Origin: Pseudomonadales bacterium
GTDB lineage: Bacteria; Pseudomonadota; Gammaproteobacteria; Pseudomonadales; JAUIET01
Length of the DNA: 64,000 nucleotides
Assembly: GCA_045106985.1 (NCBI GenBank)
Contig: JBGCFQ010000033.1
Span: forward strand, 15,206-79,205
Direction: 5' to 3'
Of this stretch, positions 28,487-38,872 are shown in pieces (position 1 is the stretch's first letter; the number at the start of each line of letters is the position of its first letter). A program made the translations under genes and the position numbers. Under the pieces are notes generated by a model. That model made no database searches, had not been told where the DNA came from, and saw nothing but the letters and a program-made list of their open reading frames with translations.

Positions 28487-29506
28487 ATGACGTCACTAAA
28501 GCTCAATGTAGTTGATCAGTCGCCAGTTCATGGCACAAGGGAGCCTATTCAAGCACCGCTGGACTCTATTGAACTTGCCAAGCTGTGCGACGAATTGGGT
28601 TACAAACGTTATTGGCTTGCCGAGCATCACAACAGTATTCATTTTGCTGGCCCATGCCCTGAGATCTTGATTGCCCGTATTGCAGCCGACACAAAGAACA
28701 TGCGGATTGGCAGCGGCGGCGTGATGCTAAGCCATTACAGCGCCTATAAAGTGTCGGAGATTTTTCGCATGCTAGAAACTCTATACCCAGGTCGCATAGA
28801 CTTGGGTATTGGCCGGGCACCGGGTGGTAATCAAACCGCAAGTGCGGCCTTAGCCGGGCCTCACGCAACCGAGCACTCTATGCAGGTAGATCATTTTACC
28901 GACCAAGCTGTTGGCCTATGTAATTACTTGCGACGCACAATGGGTGACGATGATGCCTTCAGCCAGCTTGTGCAGCTGCCAGATAACACGCCCACGCCAG
29001 AATTGTGGATGCTAGGGTCTGGTGGCGGCAGTTCAAGTTTGGCAGGTACTCTTGGAATGGGTTTGGCCATTGCTCACTTTATTGCGCCAGCTCAATGCAC
29101 GCCGAGTATTTTTCAAAACTACGAGGCACAATTCAGTAAAGTTAAACATGAACACACGCCTTTCAAAATGTTGGCAATTGCTGCGGTTTGTGCAGAAACA
29201 GAAGCGGATGCCAAGTTAATTGCTGGTACCAGCGCGTATCGAAAAATGATGGCTAAGCAGGGACAGAAAGCACCGCTTCTATCGGTACAAGAAGTGCAAG
29301 ATGCTTATAAAAAAATGAACGTTGGGCAGCAGGCTACCTTCGATTCTTATCTTGGCTATATGACGGTAGGGTCGCCAGAACAATGCTGGGATAAAATAAC
29401 GAATTTGAGTAAAGAGTTTTCGGTGAATGAAATAGGCGTAGTGACGGTGACGCACAGTTTCGAACATCGCAAAGAGAGCTATCGCTTATTGGGGCAGTTT
29501 CTTTAA
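28487..29506 (+). CDS. LLM-class (luciferase-like) flavin-dependent oxidoreductase
   Basis: 339 aa. 'LNVVDQSPV...LAKLCDELGYKRYWLAEHHNS' is the typical N-terminus of the luciferase-family oxidoreductase group. Confidence 0.85.
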   Translation: MTSLKLNVVDQSPVHGTREPIQAPLDSIELAKLCDELGYKRYWLAEHHNSIHFAGPCPEILIARIAADTKNMRIGSGGVMLSHYSAYKVSEIFRMLETLYPGRIDLGIGRAPGGNQTASAALAGPHATEHSMQVDHFTDQAVGLCNYLRRTMGDDDAFSQLVQLPDNTPTPELWMLGSGGGSSSLAGTLGMGLAIAHFIAPAQCTPSIFQNYEAQFSKVKHEHTPFKMLAIAAVCAETEADAKLIAGTSAYRKMMAKQGQKAPLLSVQEVQDAYKKMNVGQQATFDSYLGYMTVGSPEQCWDKITNLSKEFSVNEIGVVTVTHSFEHRKESYRLLGQFL

Positions 29507-30013
29507 ATTAGTGATAAGGGCAGTTGGCGTTAAGTGCGCACTTTGGGATGTATCGCCCTTGTAAAAAATATGACCTTGGATGATACGCAGTATTCTTTGT
29601 TTACGTCCCCAGGACTGACTCCATATGTGCCCGTGGCTCAAAAGAAGAATTTTGCTGCAGTTGTTGATACAACTCTTTGGTAGGGGCGTCATGCTCCCTT
29701 GGGTTTTCAATTCGTAGAACAAGGTATTGATCGCCCGCTGGCTTCCCCCATTAGATATGCCAGAAGCCCTATATACGCCTAACTGCCCGCTGATGCTGCT
29801 AATGCTGAACCGTTAGTAGAGCCTGGTCTAGATTGCTTGTCTATTGCCGTTGACCGAAAAACAAGCGGGCTTCGTCTCGCCCTTGTGATAGCGTGATGCT
29901 GGGATGTGTTTATCACCAAGTATGTTTTTTGGTAGACCTAGCTTCTAGCAATGTTATAAGATCAGTGTTAAGTTCATGGTCACTACATAAAAGTAAAAAA
30001 AGGAAAATCGAAA

Positions 30014-32644
30014 ATGCCGATTGACAAGAAACTTGGGGTTCTGGCTATATCAGCTGGCGTCCTTGTTGGCGCGAACGCCGTAGCGCAGGATTCAGAAAAC
30101 CTTCTCGAAGAAATTACCGTCACTGGTTCTTATATCAAGTCATCACGCTCTGACGCTGCATCACCTGTCGATGTGGTGGATGCAGCGGCTATAAGACGCA
30201 GTGGTGCATTCACGATTGGCGAGATAACCGCTAAGTTAAGTGTTAACTCTGGTTCAGAAAACAACGCGGATTCATTTACGTCTGGCGCAACACAAGGCAC
30301 GAGTAACGTAAACTTGCGAGGCCTTGGTTTGAGCTCGACCTTGGTGTTGGTTAACGGTAGGCGGCAAACCATTGCGGCCACTATCGCCAATGACGGCAGC
30401 GTTTTTGTCGATACCAGCACAATACCTCTCGCCGCTCTGGATCGGGTAGAAGTGCTAAAAGAAGGTGCTGCTTCTGCCTATGGTTCTGATGCCGTGGCGG
30501 GTGTAGTGAACTACATACTGAAAAAAGATTTCGACGGTTTTGAGATAAATGGTGGCTATCAAAGCACCACAAGCGATAGCCAAGACACCACTGAAGCCAG
30601 CTTCTTGTGGGGCTTTGGTAACGATCAAACAAGAGTGAACGTTGCCGGTGCAATAATGCGCCAAGACCCGTTGAGCGTTGCCGATCGGCCATTCATTGCC
30701 GACAACGCCATCAGCACCTTGGGACGCTCTTTTATTCTTCTCGGGGGCGACACTGTTGCCGCTGGCGATTACGCCGGCACCTATAACCCTGGAGAGAACG
30801 TACCAGATCCTAATTGTGCGGCAAATGGCGGGTCACTTATCCCACAGGCCTCCGGTGCTCGTTGTGGATTTTTCTACGGCCCGCGTTTCAACATTGTGAA
30901 TGAAGAAGAACGCAACCAGTTGTATACCAATGTGGTTCATGAGTTTTCTGACTCGCTTACTCTGACGGCTGAGCTTGGCTACACCAAGAATAAAGTGTTA
31001 GACAACCCGCAATCGCCTTCATACCCCAACCTTTCGTTCCCGGTTGTTTTACCCGGCCAGGCGGGCAGCCCGTTTAATGTGCCGGTTGTTTGGTTGGGTC
31101 GACCACTGGGTTCCGAAGCTCCATCGCCTCTCGCCCCTCGTGAAAATGAGACATGGCGTGCGGTGCTTGAACTCGATGGTTCTTTCAACGACAACTGGTC
31201 CTGGAATGGTGCGCTCACCTACAGTTCAAATGAACGAGAGAACATCCAGCCTGACACCATCAGCTCTCGGTTGAGTAATGCGCTTGCAGGAACCGGTGGC
31301 GCTAGTGGCACAGAAACGTTTAACATTTTCGATCCAGCGGCTAACAGTGCAGAGTTAATTGACTTTATTAGTGTTGACACCGTAACCAATCGCGAATCTG
31401 ACCTGACAGTATTGGATTTTGTAACGTCAGGTGAGCTGTTTGAGATGTCGGCCGGTGCCGTTGGTTTTGCAGCCGGTGTTCAATATCGTGACGAAAGTTA
31501 TTCGGTTAGTCGTAACGAGATCTACACCCAAACTGTTGATCCGGTGACCGGTGCGGCTATTCCTGTTGATCTGATTTTCCTAGGCGGTGGTTTTCCGTTG
31601 GATGAAAGCAGGAGTTCGTATGCGGCGTTTGCTGAGATGCAAATACCCGTCACAGAAAACCTGGAAATGAACCTGGCGGTTAGGTATGAAGACCTGGAAA
31701 CTGACTCTAGTGTTGATCCAAAGCTGTCGCTTCGTTGGCAGGCCACGGATGACCTGGTTTTGCGCGGCTCGGTATCTACTGCCTTCCGTGAACCCTCACT
31801 ATCGCAGTTCTCTTCCTTGGAAACATCCTTGCAAGGAATACAGGACTTTAATCCTGACGGCACTCCAAAGGGTGGAGTCGCGTTTATCAGGGTAACTTCA
31901 GCGGGTAACGCGCAACTTGTTCCAGAGGAGTCAACAAACTACAACTTTGGCGCAATCTGGTCGCCAACTGACAACCTGGATATGCGAATTGACTATTGGC
32001 GGTTTGAGTATGAAAACGTCATCACAATTGAAAGCGCGCAAGGTAAGATTATCAGCGACCTGAACGGCCCTGACGTTGTTCGACTTGCCGGCGACAACAG
32101 CCAGCTGGTTGGAATTAATGCCAACTACATCAATGCGGCGACCGTAGACACAGACGGTTTAGACATTGCGGTTAATTACATTCATCCAACCGATATAGGT
32201 GATTTTGGTATTCACTTTACCGGTACTCGTACGCTGAGCTATGAGATCCCAGATCCTGCAGGCGGCGTACAGGATGTAGCAGGTTTGTTCAATCACGATA
32301 ACTTCGCCCGCTCTATACCCGAGACAAAAGCGAATCTCTCGTTTGATTGGGCTAACGACAGCCATTCTGCGGCACTTACTGCCTACTATGTTGATAGCTA
32401 TGAAACCACACGTGCTGTACCTGCTACGGCCAGCGCCAACATCGACTCTTGGGTTACGGTAGATCTGCAGTATGCTTACAACCTGGATCTTGCTGATAGC
32501 GAAGCCGTTATTACTTTCGGTCTCAAAAATATATTTGATGAGGAGCCACCTGTTGTTTATGACGCGGCGAACTACAGCTACGACCCTAAGCATCATGATC
32601 CTAGAGGACGATTGTTCTACGTGAGAGGAAAGTATCGGTTCTAG
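30014..32644 (+). CDS. TonB-dependent receptor
   Basis: 876 aa with a signal peptide. Plug start 'EEITVTGSYIK', 'VEVLKEGAASAYGSDAVAGVVNYILKK' and the C-terminal '...GKYRF'. Confidence 0.9.
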   Translation: MPIDKKLGVLAISAGVLVGANAVAQDSENLLEEITVTGSYIKSSRSDAASPVDVVDAAAIRRSGAFTIGEITAKLSVNSGSENNADSFTSGATQGTSNVNLRGLGLSSTLVLVNGRRQTIAATIANDGSVFVDTSTIPLAALDRVEVLKEGAASAYGSDAVAGVVNYILKKDFDGFEINGGYQSTTSDSQDTTEASFLWGFGNDQTRVNVAGAIMRQDPLSVADRPFIADNAISTLGRSFILLGGDTVAAGDYAGTYNPGENVPDPNCAANGGSLIPQASGARCGFFYGPRFNIVNEEERNQLYTNVVHEFSDSLTLTAELGYTKNKVLDNPQSPSYPNLSFPVVLPGQAGSPFNVPVVWLGRPLGSEAPSPLAPRENETWRAVLELDGSFNDNWSWNGALTYSSNERENIQPDTISSRLSNALAGTGGASGTETFNIFDPAANSAELIDFISVDTVTNRESDLTVLDFVTSGELFEMSAGAVGFAAGVQYRDESYSVSRNEIYTQTVDPVTGAAIPVDLIFLGGGFPLDESRSSYAAFAEMQIPVTENLEMNLAVRYEDLETDSSVDPKLSLRWQATDDLVLRGSVSTAFREPSLSQFSSLETSLQGIQDFNPDGTPKGGVAFIRVTSAGNAQLVPEESTNYNFGAIWSPTDNLDMRIDYWRFEYENVITIESAQGKIISDLNGPDVVRLAGDNSQLVGINANYINAATVDTDGLDIAVNYIHPTDIGDFGIHFTGTRTLSYEIPDPAGGVQDVAGLFNHDNFARSIPETKANLSFDWANDSHSAALTAYYVDSYETTRAVPATASANIDSWVTVDLQYAYNLDLADSEAVITFGLKNIFDEEPPVVYDAANYSYDPKHHDPRGRLFYVRGKYRF

Positions 32645-32747
32645 AACAACGACGTCAAATTGGCCCAAGAAGAATGGCAGCTTATACGCTGCGCATTCGG
32701 GGCCATTCTGGTCGAGTTCGTTGTGATAGACTAAATACGGTTGCATA

Positions 32748-32773
32748 GAGGGGGGCTTCGGCTCCCTTTTTTT
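32748..32773 (+). terminator. rho-independent terminator after the TonB-dependent receptor
   Basis: GGGGGC-ttcg-GCTCCC stem (one G-U pair) with a TTCG loop, followed by T7. Confidence 0.65.
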
Positions 32774-32971
32774 ATGCTTGGGGTTTGGTGCTGCCACAGC
32801 GAGTTATAGGTGTTGAGGAATTCGGCGGATCGGACCTTGCGTCTTACAATTGAAGTGTTCGCCGCGCGCTCAAGCTACTTAGTTGGTCTAACCTCGTTGC
32901 ATGCCATTGCTGTCGCAAACCGGTTGCAGTCCGAATGAGTTTAGAATAGCGGCAAGAAGCCACCATCCACC

Positions 32972-33382
32972 ATGCGAAAAGAAAAAATAACGATAATGAA
33001 AACATTAAAGTTGTATGCACTCGCCACAGTTGTTGGCCTAGTAGCTATGATTGGAGTTACTGGCTGCAGCGAGGAGCTGACCCATTCAGTTGAAGATGAA
33101 AGCAAGAACAAGGAATTACTGTGTGGTGCAAAAGGTGCAAAGCTCGGCACCTTAGGACCGCATGCTGTCTGTGTATTTGAAGACAATCGGCAGTGTTCTA
33201 TTGCTGCCATGAAAAATGATCGTTGTATTGATCACGGATACAAAATAACTGGCTATGAAAATGACCAGCAAGCCTATTGTGCCGTTTCAGGATATGACGC
33301 AGACATCAGTGAAATGAAGTGTATTGTTGCAGATGATACGGTGTGTTCGTTCGATGAGTTTTATTTGGGTGAATGTCCGTAG
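32972..33382 (+). CDS. lipoprotein with two DUF333-like Cys-containing modules
   Basis: Lipobox 'GVTGCSE'. Two modules end in '...CVFEDNRQCSIAAM' and '...CIVADDTVCSFDEFYLGECP', resembling the DUF333 pattern. The start may be the Met at 32996. Confidence 0.45.
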   Translation: MRKEKITIMKTLKLYALATVVGLVAMIGVTGCSEELTHSVEDESKNKELLCGAKGAKLGTLGPHAVCVFEDNRQCSIAAMKNDRCIDHGYKITGYENDQQAYCAVSGYDADISEMKCIVADDTVCSFDEFYLGECP

Positions 33383-33550
33383 CGTTTATGTGAGGCCGGA
33401 TATTTCACAGCCTATGAATTCAACTGAAGAATGCTCGACGTAGACGCCCCAAACTTTAGTGGCGTTTAGTGTTTTAATTTCGAGTCGAACTGAAGTTCAC
33501 TATGGCTTCAATCACCATTCATAAGAAAGACTTGGAGTCTTGAGAAGAAA

Positions 33551-33627
33551 TGGTAGCTACGGGTGGACTTGAACCACCGACCCCAGCATTATGAATGCTG
33601 TGCTCTAACCAGCTGAGCTACGTAGCC
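33551..33627 (-). tRNA. tRNA-Met (anticodon CAU), elongator type
   Basis: The reverse complement GGCTACGTAGCTCAGCTGGTTAGAGCACAGCATTCATAATGCTGGGGTCGGTGGTTCAAGTCCACCCGTAGCTACCA is 77 nt and closely resembles E. coli metT. It has an encoded CCA and a G1-U72 wobble. Confidence 0.9.
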
Positions 33628-33650
33628 ACATAGGGAAAAACGAGGCGCGA

Positions 33651-33679
33651 ATTTTCCGGTCTAAGTCGCTGATTGTCAA
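33651..33679 (-). promoter_or_regulatory. candidate sigma70 promoter of tRNA-Met (TTGACA-17-GAAAAT plus GC-rich discriminator)
   Basis: On the minus strand, TTGACA (33679-33674), a 17-nt spacer, GAAAAT (33656-33651), then CGCGCC. It sits about 24 nt upstream of the tRNA 5' end. Confidence 0.35.
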
Positions 33680-33743
33680 GCAAGTAGAGCAATTTCTCAC
33701 GGTGTATTGCTTTGCAGCGCTTAAGCGTCGACTTTTGGTGTTG

Positions 33744-34835
33744 CTATACGTTAAACCTAAAGTGAACGACGTCGCCGTCGGCCAGAACGTATTCCTTACC
33801 TTCCAGGCGCCATTTGCCGGCGTCTTTTGCGCCTTGCTCGCCGCCCAGTTCTATAAAGTCGTCATAGGCGATTACTTCGGCGCGTATAAAGCCTTTTTCG
33901 AAGTCGGTGTGTATCTTGCCAGCACCTTGTGGCGCTGTTGCCCCTACAGGCACTGTCCAGGCGCGTACTTCTTTTTCGCCAGCAGTGAAGTAGGTTTGCA
34001 GTTCAAGCAGCTCATAGCCGGCCCTTATCACTCGGTCCAGGCCGGGCTCTTGCATGCCCATCTCGGTCAGAAACTCGAGTTTCTCATCGGTATCTAACTC
34101 GGCAATTTCTTCTTCTATCTTATTGCAGATAACAACCAGTGATGCGTTCTCAGATTCTGCAATCGCGCGTACAACGTCTAGGTGAGGATTGTTCTCAAAG
34201 CCTTCTTCGTCGACGTTGGCAATGTACATGGTGGGTTTGAGGGTGAGTAGGTTTACTTCACGCAACATCAACAGCTCTTCGTCGTTGAGGTTTAGTGTGC
34301 GAACCGGCTTAGCTTCGTTAAGGTGTGGTTGCAGCTTTTCTAATACGTCTACCTTGGCTTTGGCTTCTTTGTCGCCGCCCCGCACAGATCGCACCAGGCG
34401 CTGTATGGTTTTCTCTACGGCTTCTAAGTCGGCCAGGGCTAGTTCCGTGTTGATTACTTCAACATCGGCAGCAGGGTCTATCTGGTTGGCTACATGGATG
34501 ACGTTCTCGTCATCGAAGCAGCGCACTACGTGGGCGATGGCATCGGTTTCACGAATATTGCCCAGAAATTGGTTGCCCAGGCCTTCGCCTTTAGAGGCGC
34601 CGGCTACAAGGCCAGCGATGTCGACAAATTCCATGCTGGTGGGAATGACTTTTTGAGGCTTGACGATGGCTGATAGCGCATCCAGCCTTGGGTCGGGCAT
34701 GGGCACCACGCCAGAGTTAGGCTCAATGGTGCAGAATGGAAAATTCTCTGCGCCTATACCAGCTTCGGTAAGCGCGTTGAACAGGGTTGATTTGCCAACG
34801 TTAGGTAGGCCAACAATGCCGCATTTAAAGCCCAT
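33744..34835 (-). CDS. ychF: redox-regulated ribosome-binding ATPase YchF
   Basis: '[23 protein letters not shown]' and the C-terminal TGS-like '...[11 protein letters not shown]'. 363 aa. Confidence 0.95.
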   Translation of the reverse strand: MGFKCGIVGLPNVGKSTLFNALTEAGIGAENFPFCTIEPNSGVVPMPDPRLDALSAIVKPQKVIPTSMEFVDIAGLVAGASKGEGLGNQFLGNIRETDAIAHVVRCFDDENVIHVANQIDPAADVEVINTELALADLEAVEKTIQRLVRSVRGGDKEAKAKVDVLEKLQPHLNEAKPVRTLNLNDEELLMLREVNLLTLKPTMYIANVDEEGFENNPHLDVVRAIAESENASLVVICNKIEEEIAELDTDEKLEFLTEMGMQEPGLDRVIRAGYELLELQTYFTAGEKEVRAWTVPVGATAPQGAGKIHTDFEKGFIRAEVIAYDDFIELGGEQGAKDAGKWRLEGKEYVLADGDVVHFRFNV

Positions 34836-34836
34836 T

Positions 34837-35448
34837 TTAGTGTCCTGGGGGTGTGTCTGGTTTGAAGCTGTGCATCAGTGTTTGGGCACGTTGCCATTGG
34901 TCGTTAGCAATCAGGTCAAGCGCGCGTAAGGCCTCGCTAATGCAGTCGTCAATCTGCTGGCGTTCGCTTTGGCTTGGCCGGCCCAATACATGGCCGGTCA
35001 CATCGCGCTTGGGTGCTAAATCGCGAGGGTGGCCTATGCCTATGCGTAAGCGCATAAAGCCAGCTTGGTTGCCCAATTGCTGAATAATATTGCGAATACC
35101 ATTATTGCCACCGTGGCCGCCGCCCAGTTTTAGCTTGGCAGTGCCCAGGGTCACGTCTAATTCGTCGTGGGCAACAAGAATGGATTCGGGGTCAATTTTG
35201 TAAAAACTCGCGCAGGCAGCCACCGACTGCCCGCTTAAGTTCATGAAGGTGTCAGGCACCAGCAAACGAACGGGTTTCCCCTTTAAGTTTGCGGTGCCGG
35301 TGGCGCCTTTCAGTTTTTTGTCTGGCTGAAGTTGGCAGCCAAGCTGGCGTGCAAGTTCATCAATGAACCACACGCCCGCATTGTGCCGGGTGTTCTCGTA
35401 TTCGGGGCCAGGGTTACCTAGCCCCACGATCAGCTTTAAGTCAGCCAT
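34837..35448 (-). CDS. pth: peptidyl-tRNA hydrolase
   Basis: '[20 protein letters not shown]' and '[12 protein letters not shown]'. It lies immediately upstream of ychF, as in many gammaproteobacteria. Confidence 0.95.
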   Translation of the reverse strand: MADLKLIVGLGNPGPEYENTRHNAGVWFIDELARQLGCQLQPDKKLKGATGTANLKGKPVRLLVPDTFMNLSGQSVAACASFYKIDPESILVAHDELDVTLGTAKLKLGGGHGGNNGIRNIIQQLGNQAGFMRLRIGIGHPRDLAPKRDVTGHVLGRPSQSERQQIDDCISEALRALDLIANDQWQRAQTLMHSFKPDTPPGH

Positions 35449-35471
35449 AGCTCACAGTGAGCCGTAAGGGC

Positions 35472-36128
35472 TTAGTCTTCAGCAGCGTCATCGGCAGCTG
35501 GAGCATCGCCCGCATCGCCGTCAGCAGCTTCTTCATCGCTACTGCCTTTAGGTGCGTTAACTGCGGCAATAGACAGATCGTGATCTGGCCCATGAGACAG
35601 CGCAACACTTTCTACGCCTTCTGGCAATTTAACGTCTGACAGATGAACTTGCTCGCCCAATTCAACGGCAATCATGTCCACTTCAATATACTCAGGCAGA
35701 TCTTTTGGCAAACAGCTAATTTCCATATCTGTTGCACTGTGCAGCACTTGGCCGCCTTGCATCTTCACGCCCTTACACTGGTCTTCGTTAATGAAGTGAA
35801 GTGGCACGTTTACGGTGATTTTCTGGCCTTTAACAATGCGTAGAAAGTCAGCGTGAATCAAACGCAGCTTTGCTGGATGGCGTTGCAGGTCTTTGATGAT
35901 GACGTCTTCACTGGTGCCGTCAATATCAAGCTCGATAATGTGCGAGTAAAACGCCTCATTCTGAGTCGCTTTCAGCATGTCTTTATGCTGAATGCTGATA
36001 TTAACCGGGTCGCCATTACCGCCATAAACTATGGCTGGCATATGGTCTTGATTACGACGTAGGCGGCGGCTCGCACCTTTCCCCAGGTCTTTGCGGCTTT
36101 GCGCATGTAGTACAAATTCGTCAGACAT
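35472..36128 (-). CDS. rplY: 50S ribosomal protein L25 / general stress protein Ctc
   Basis: 'GKGASRRLRR...MPAIVYGG' and an acidic C-terminal tail. Conserved position between prs and pth. Confidence 0.9.
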   Translation of the reverse strand: MSDEFVLHAQSRKDLGKGASRRLRRNQDHMPAIVYGGNGDPVNISIQHKDMLKATQNEAFYSHIIELDIDGTSEDVIIKDLQRHPAKLRLIHADFLRIVKGQKITVNVPLHFINEDQCKGVKMQGGQVLHSATDMEISCLPKDLPEYIEVDMIAVELGEQVHLSDVKLPEGVESVALSHGPDHDLSIAAVNAPKGSSDEEAADGDAGDAPAADDAAED

Positions 36129-36219
36129 ATCCGACTCCTATTTTAAATACAGTTGGGTTCTGCGACCAAACCCGAACTGCGGTTGCTAAATACTCTATTG
36201 CGGTAGTTACTATGTGTAT

Positions 36220-37164
36220 CTACTGAAACAGAGCGCTTATGGATTCTTCGTTGCTTACCCGGCGAATGGACTCGGCGAGCAGTGCTGCAATGCTAAGTTG
36301 GCGAATATGACTGCAGTTGCGTGCATCTTCGCTGAGTGGAATAGTGTCTGTTACCACTAGTTCGTCTAATTGCGAGCCGTCGAGGTTCTCAATGGCTTTG
36401 CCCGACAAAACAGCGTGTGTGCAATAGGCCACCACTTTTTCGGCGCCATTCTCTTTCAATGCTTCGGCCGCTTTGCAAAGGGTGCCGGCGGTATCGACCA
36501 TGTCGTCAACCATGATGCAGGTTTTACCGCTTACATCACCGATGATATTCATTACCTGTGCAACGTTGGCCTGCGGGCGACGTTTGTCAATGATCGCAAG
36601 GTCGGTGTCGTCTAAAGACTTGGCCACAGCGCGGGCACGAACTACGCCACCAATATCAGGAGATACAACGATAGGGTCTGGGTAGCGCTGACGCTTAATG
36701 TCTTCTATGAGCACGGGTGCGCCATATACGTTGTCTACGGCGCAGTCAAAGAAGCCTTGAATTTGCTCAGCGTGCAAGTCAACGGTTAGCACCCGGTCAA
36801 CACCTACGTTGGTGATCATGTCGGCGCATACTTTGGCGCTGATAGGAACACGTACGGAGCGCACACGACGGTCTTGGCGTGAATAACCAAAGTAGGGCAC
36901 CATGGCCGTAATTTTGCCTGCAGATGCTCTTCGCAGAGCGTCTGCCATCAGCACCAGCTCCATCAAATTTGTGTTGGTTGGCTGGCAGGTAGACTGAATG
37001 ATGAACACGTCTTTGCCGCGTACATTCTCTTTCAGTTCAATAGAGATTTCACCGTCGCTAAACTGAGCAATTTCGGCATTGCCTAGGCCCATTCCCAGTT
37101 TTCGGCCGATACTCTTGGCGAGTTCGGGATTAGAGTTGCCGCTGAACAACACTAAGTTTCGCAT
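36220..37164 (-). CDS. prs: ribose-phosphate pyrophosphokinase
   Basis: '[11 protein letters not shown]', '[10 protein letters not shown]' and '[12 protein letters not shown]'. 314 aa. Confidence 0.95.
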   Translation of the reverse strand: MRNLVLFSGNSNPELAKSIGRKLGMGLGNAEIAQFSDGEISIELKENVRGKDVFIIQSTCQPTNTNLMELVLMADALRRASAGKITAMVPYFGYSRQDRRVRSVRVPISAKVCADMITNVGVDRVLTVDLHAEQIQGFFDCAVDNVYGAPVLIEDIKRQRYPDPIVVSPDIGGVVRARAVAKSLDDTDLAIIDKRRPQANVAQVMNIIGDVSGKTCIMVDDMVDTAGTLCKAAEALKENGAEKVVAYCTHAVLSGKAIENLDGSQLDELVVTDTIPLSEDARNCSHIRQLSIAALLAESIRRVSNEESISALFQ

Positions 37165-37197
37165 TTTTATGACTCTTTAATGATTGAAACTGAAAAA

Positions 37198-37272
37198 TGG
37201 CTGGGGCGGCAGGATTCGAACCTGCGCATGCTGAGATCAAAACCCAGTGCCTTACCGCTTGGCGACGCCCCA
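37198..37272 (-). tRNA. tRNA-Gln (anticodon UUG)
   Basis: The reverse complement TGGGGCGTCGCCAAGCGGTAAGGCACTGGGTTTTGATCTCAGCATGCGCAGGTTCGAATCCTGCCGCCCCAGCCA is 75 nt and resembles E. coli tRNA-Gln. CCA is encoded. Confidence 0.9.
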
Positions 37273-37300
37273 ATAAACTTTTGTTTTTCTCACCCTAGTC

Positions 37301-38185
37301 TTACAACCGGTTGCGAGCTAACACGTATGTCGCCAGGTCATCATGAGCTGGCGATCTATTTCTACCTTGTGCAACAAAACCCTGCCATGCACCAGGCATA
37401 CATTCCTGAACTGACTGTGCCGCTTGCTCGGTCTCAAAGGCCGCGAAAATACAAGCGCCAGTACCAGTAAGATAAGGCTTGGAGTGGCTACTTAACCAGG
37501 CCATGGCCTCGCCTACCTGAGGGTAGTATTTCTCTACCACCGGCTGGCAATCATTGCGGGTACAGGCGACCCCGCTCAGAAAGGCGGCTATTCTGATGGG
37601 AGAGGTGTTGCGTGTCAATTCTTGCTTTGAAAAAATCTCACCTGTAGAAACGCTACAGTCGGGTTTAAGTAACAAATACCATGGCTCAGCTGGCTCAATG
37701 GGCTGCAACTGCTCGCCTACACCCTCTGCAAAGGCCGCATGGCCCTGAACAAATACAGGCACATCGGCCCCCAATTGCACCCCAATTTGGGCTAATTGCT
37801 CCAAACTAAGCCCAGTTTGCCACAGGGTGTTCAAGGCCAGCAGGGTGCTTGCAGCGTCTGAACTGCCACCGCCAATACCACCGCCCATCGGCAAACGCTT
37901 CTTTATATTAATGCTTGCGCCTTGCGTGCAGCCAGTTTCAGCTTTCAGGGCCCTGGCTGCGCGATAAATCAGATTGTCATCAAGCGCGATGTCATTCGTG
38001 TCTCCGCTTAATACTATGTTCTCGGCGGGCGGGCTCGCATCATTTAAGCTGAATTGCAAAGTGTCGCTAACATCAAGAAATTGAAAGGCCGTTTGCAAAT
38101 TATGGTAGCCGTCTTCCCGGCGGCCGGTAATGTGCAAAAACAGGTTGATCTTGGCGGGGGCTCGCAGCGTTATCGAAGAGATCAT
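37301..38185 (-). CDS. ispE: 4-diphosphocytidyl-2-C-methyl-D-erythritol kinase
   Basis: 'APAKINLFLHITGRREDGYH' and the GHMP motif 'PMGGGIGGGSSDAA'. ATGA overlap with lolB. Confidence 0.9.
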   Translation of the reverse strand: MISSITLRAPAKINLFLHITGRREDGYHNLQTAFQFLDVSDTLQFSLNDASPPAENIVLSGDTNDIALDDNLIYRAARALKAETGCTQGASINIKKRLPMGGGIGGGSSDAASTLLALNTLWQTGLSLEQLAQIGVQLGADVPVFVQGHAAFAEGVGEQLQPIEPAEPWYLLLKPDCSVSTGEIFSKQELTRNTSPIRIAAFLSGVACTRNDCQPVVEKYYPQVGEAMAWLSSHSKPYLTGTGACIFAAFETEQAAQSVQECMPGAWQGFVAQGRNRSPAHDDLATYVLARNRL

Positions 38186-38841
38186 TGGCCCAATTCATCT
38201 ATTTGGCGTTTGGACGCACTGAATGACCAGCGACTGACCAATACTGTGAGCTGTTGGTTGCCGATGCCACGTTGAGCATCAAGTGATCGAATCTTTATGC
38301 GCGCAGGCAGGCTGAATGCACCAAATTGCCGATGGCGATCTAGTTCAATGCGCCAGCCATGCTGATCAAAGCCAAGTAAATGGTTTCCCAGCTCATCATA
38401 GCGATGGTTTTTGCTTTTTGACGGGGCAGGCTGGCCCTTTATCCAATATCTAAGGTCATTCAGTGGGGTTGTTATGCCTGCGGCTCGTGCAAGCAGAACA
38501 TCAGCGCTCGCCGCGATCATAGGGTCGCGTCCGCTTTGTTGCAGAACAGCTTCCTTGTTGTTGCCGCTGAGTTTCACGGCGCCTAAACCGAATGGACCAT
38601 TCAGCCGAATTGTGAATTCATCGTCTTGTTGTTGCCAGTTCAGCATGGCGCTTTGCTTTTTACCCGGCTTCCCCTTTACTAGCTGTGTTATTCCTACTTT
38701 GGCTCTAATCTGCCAGCAACACTGGGCGAGCAACTCTGTAACGGACTGCGAGGGCTCAATTTTAGCTTGTTGCGCGCAAGCGCTTAATAGAAGCGTGATT
38801 AACAGGGCGCATACTGGCCTGCTCTTAGCTGTGTTTAACAC
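38182..38841 (-). CDS. lolB: outer-membrane lipoprotein LolB
   Basis: Lipobox 'LLLSACAQ', about 200 aa, in the conserved position immediately upstream of ispE. Confidence 0.75.
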   Translation of the reverse strand: MLNTAKSRPVCALLITLLLSACAQQAKIEPSQSVTELLAQCCWQIRAKVGITQLVKGKPGKKQSAMLNWQQQDDEFTIRLNGPFGLGAVKLSGNNKEAVLQQSGRDPMIAASADVLLARAAGITTPLNDLRYWIKGQPAPSKSKNHRYDELGNHLLGFDQHGWRIELDRHRQFGAFSLPARIKIRSLDAQRGIGNQQLTVLVSRWSFSASKRQIDELGQ

Positions 38842-38872
38842 TATTGCGACACTCAGATTTTACTGCTGTGGC

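Noticed and set aside
29507-30013. Searched the long leader of the second TonB receptor for a cobalamin riboswitch or Fur box (also 13399-13520 for the first receptor)
   Set aside because: I could not find the B12-box/GGGAA-type conserved cores or a GATAATGATAATCATTATC-like 19-mer by eye. Only weak short hairpins are present. An Infernal scan would be needed to be certain.
32159-32797. 212-aa minus-strand ORF overlapping the 3' end of the second TonB-dependent receptor
   Set aside because: It is antisense to a receptor with a clear C-terminal barrel and terminal Phe. It has no signal, motif or RBS and runs through the terminator hairpin.
34189-34929. 155-aa and 89-aa plus-strand ORFs inside ychF/pth
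   Set aside because: They are antisense to highly conserved ychF and pth. The Ser/Thr/Arg-rich translations have no recognisable domain.
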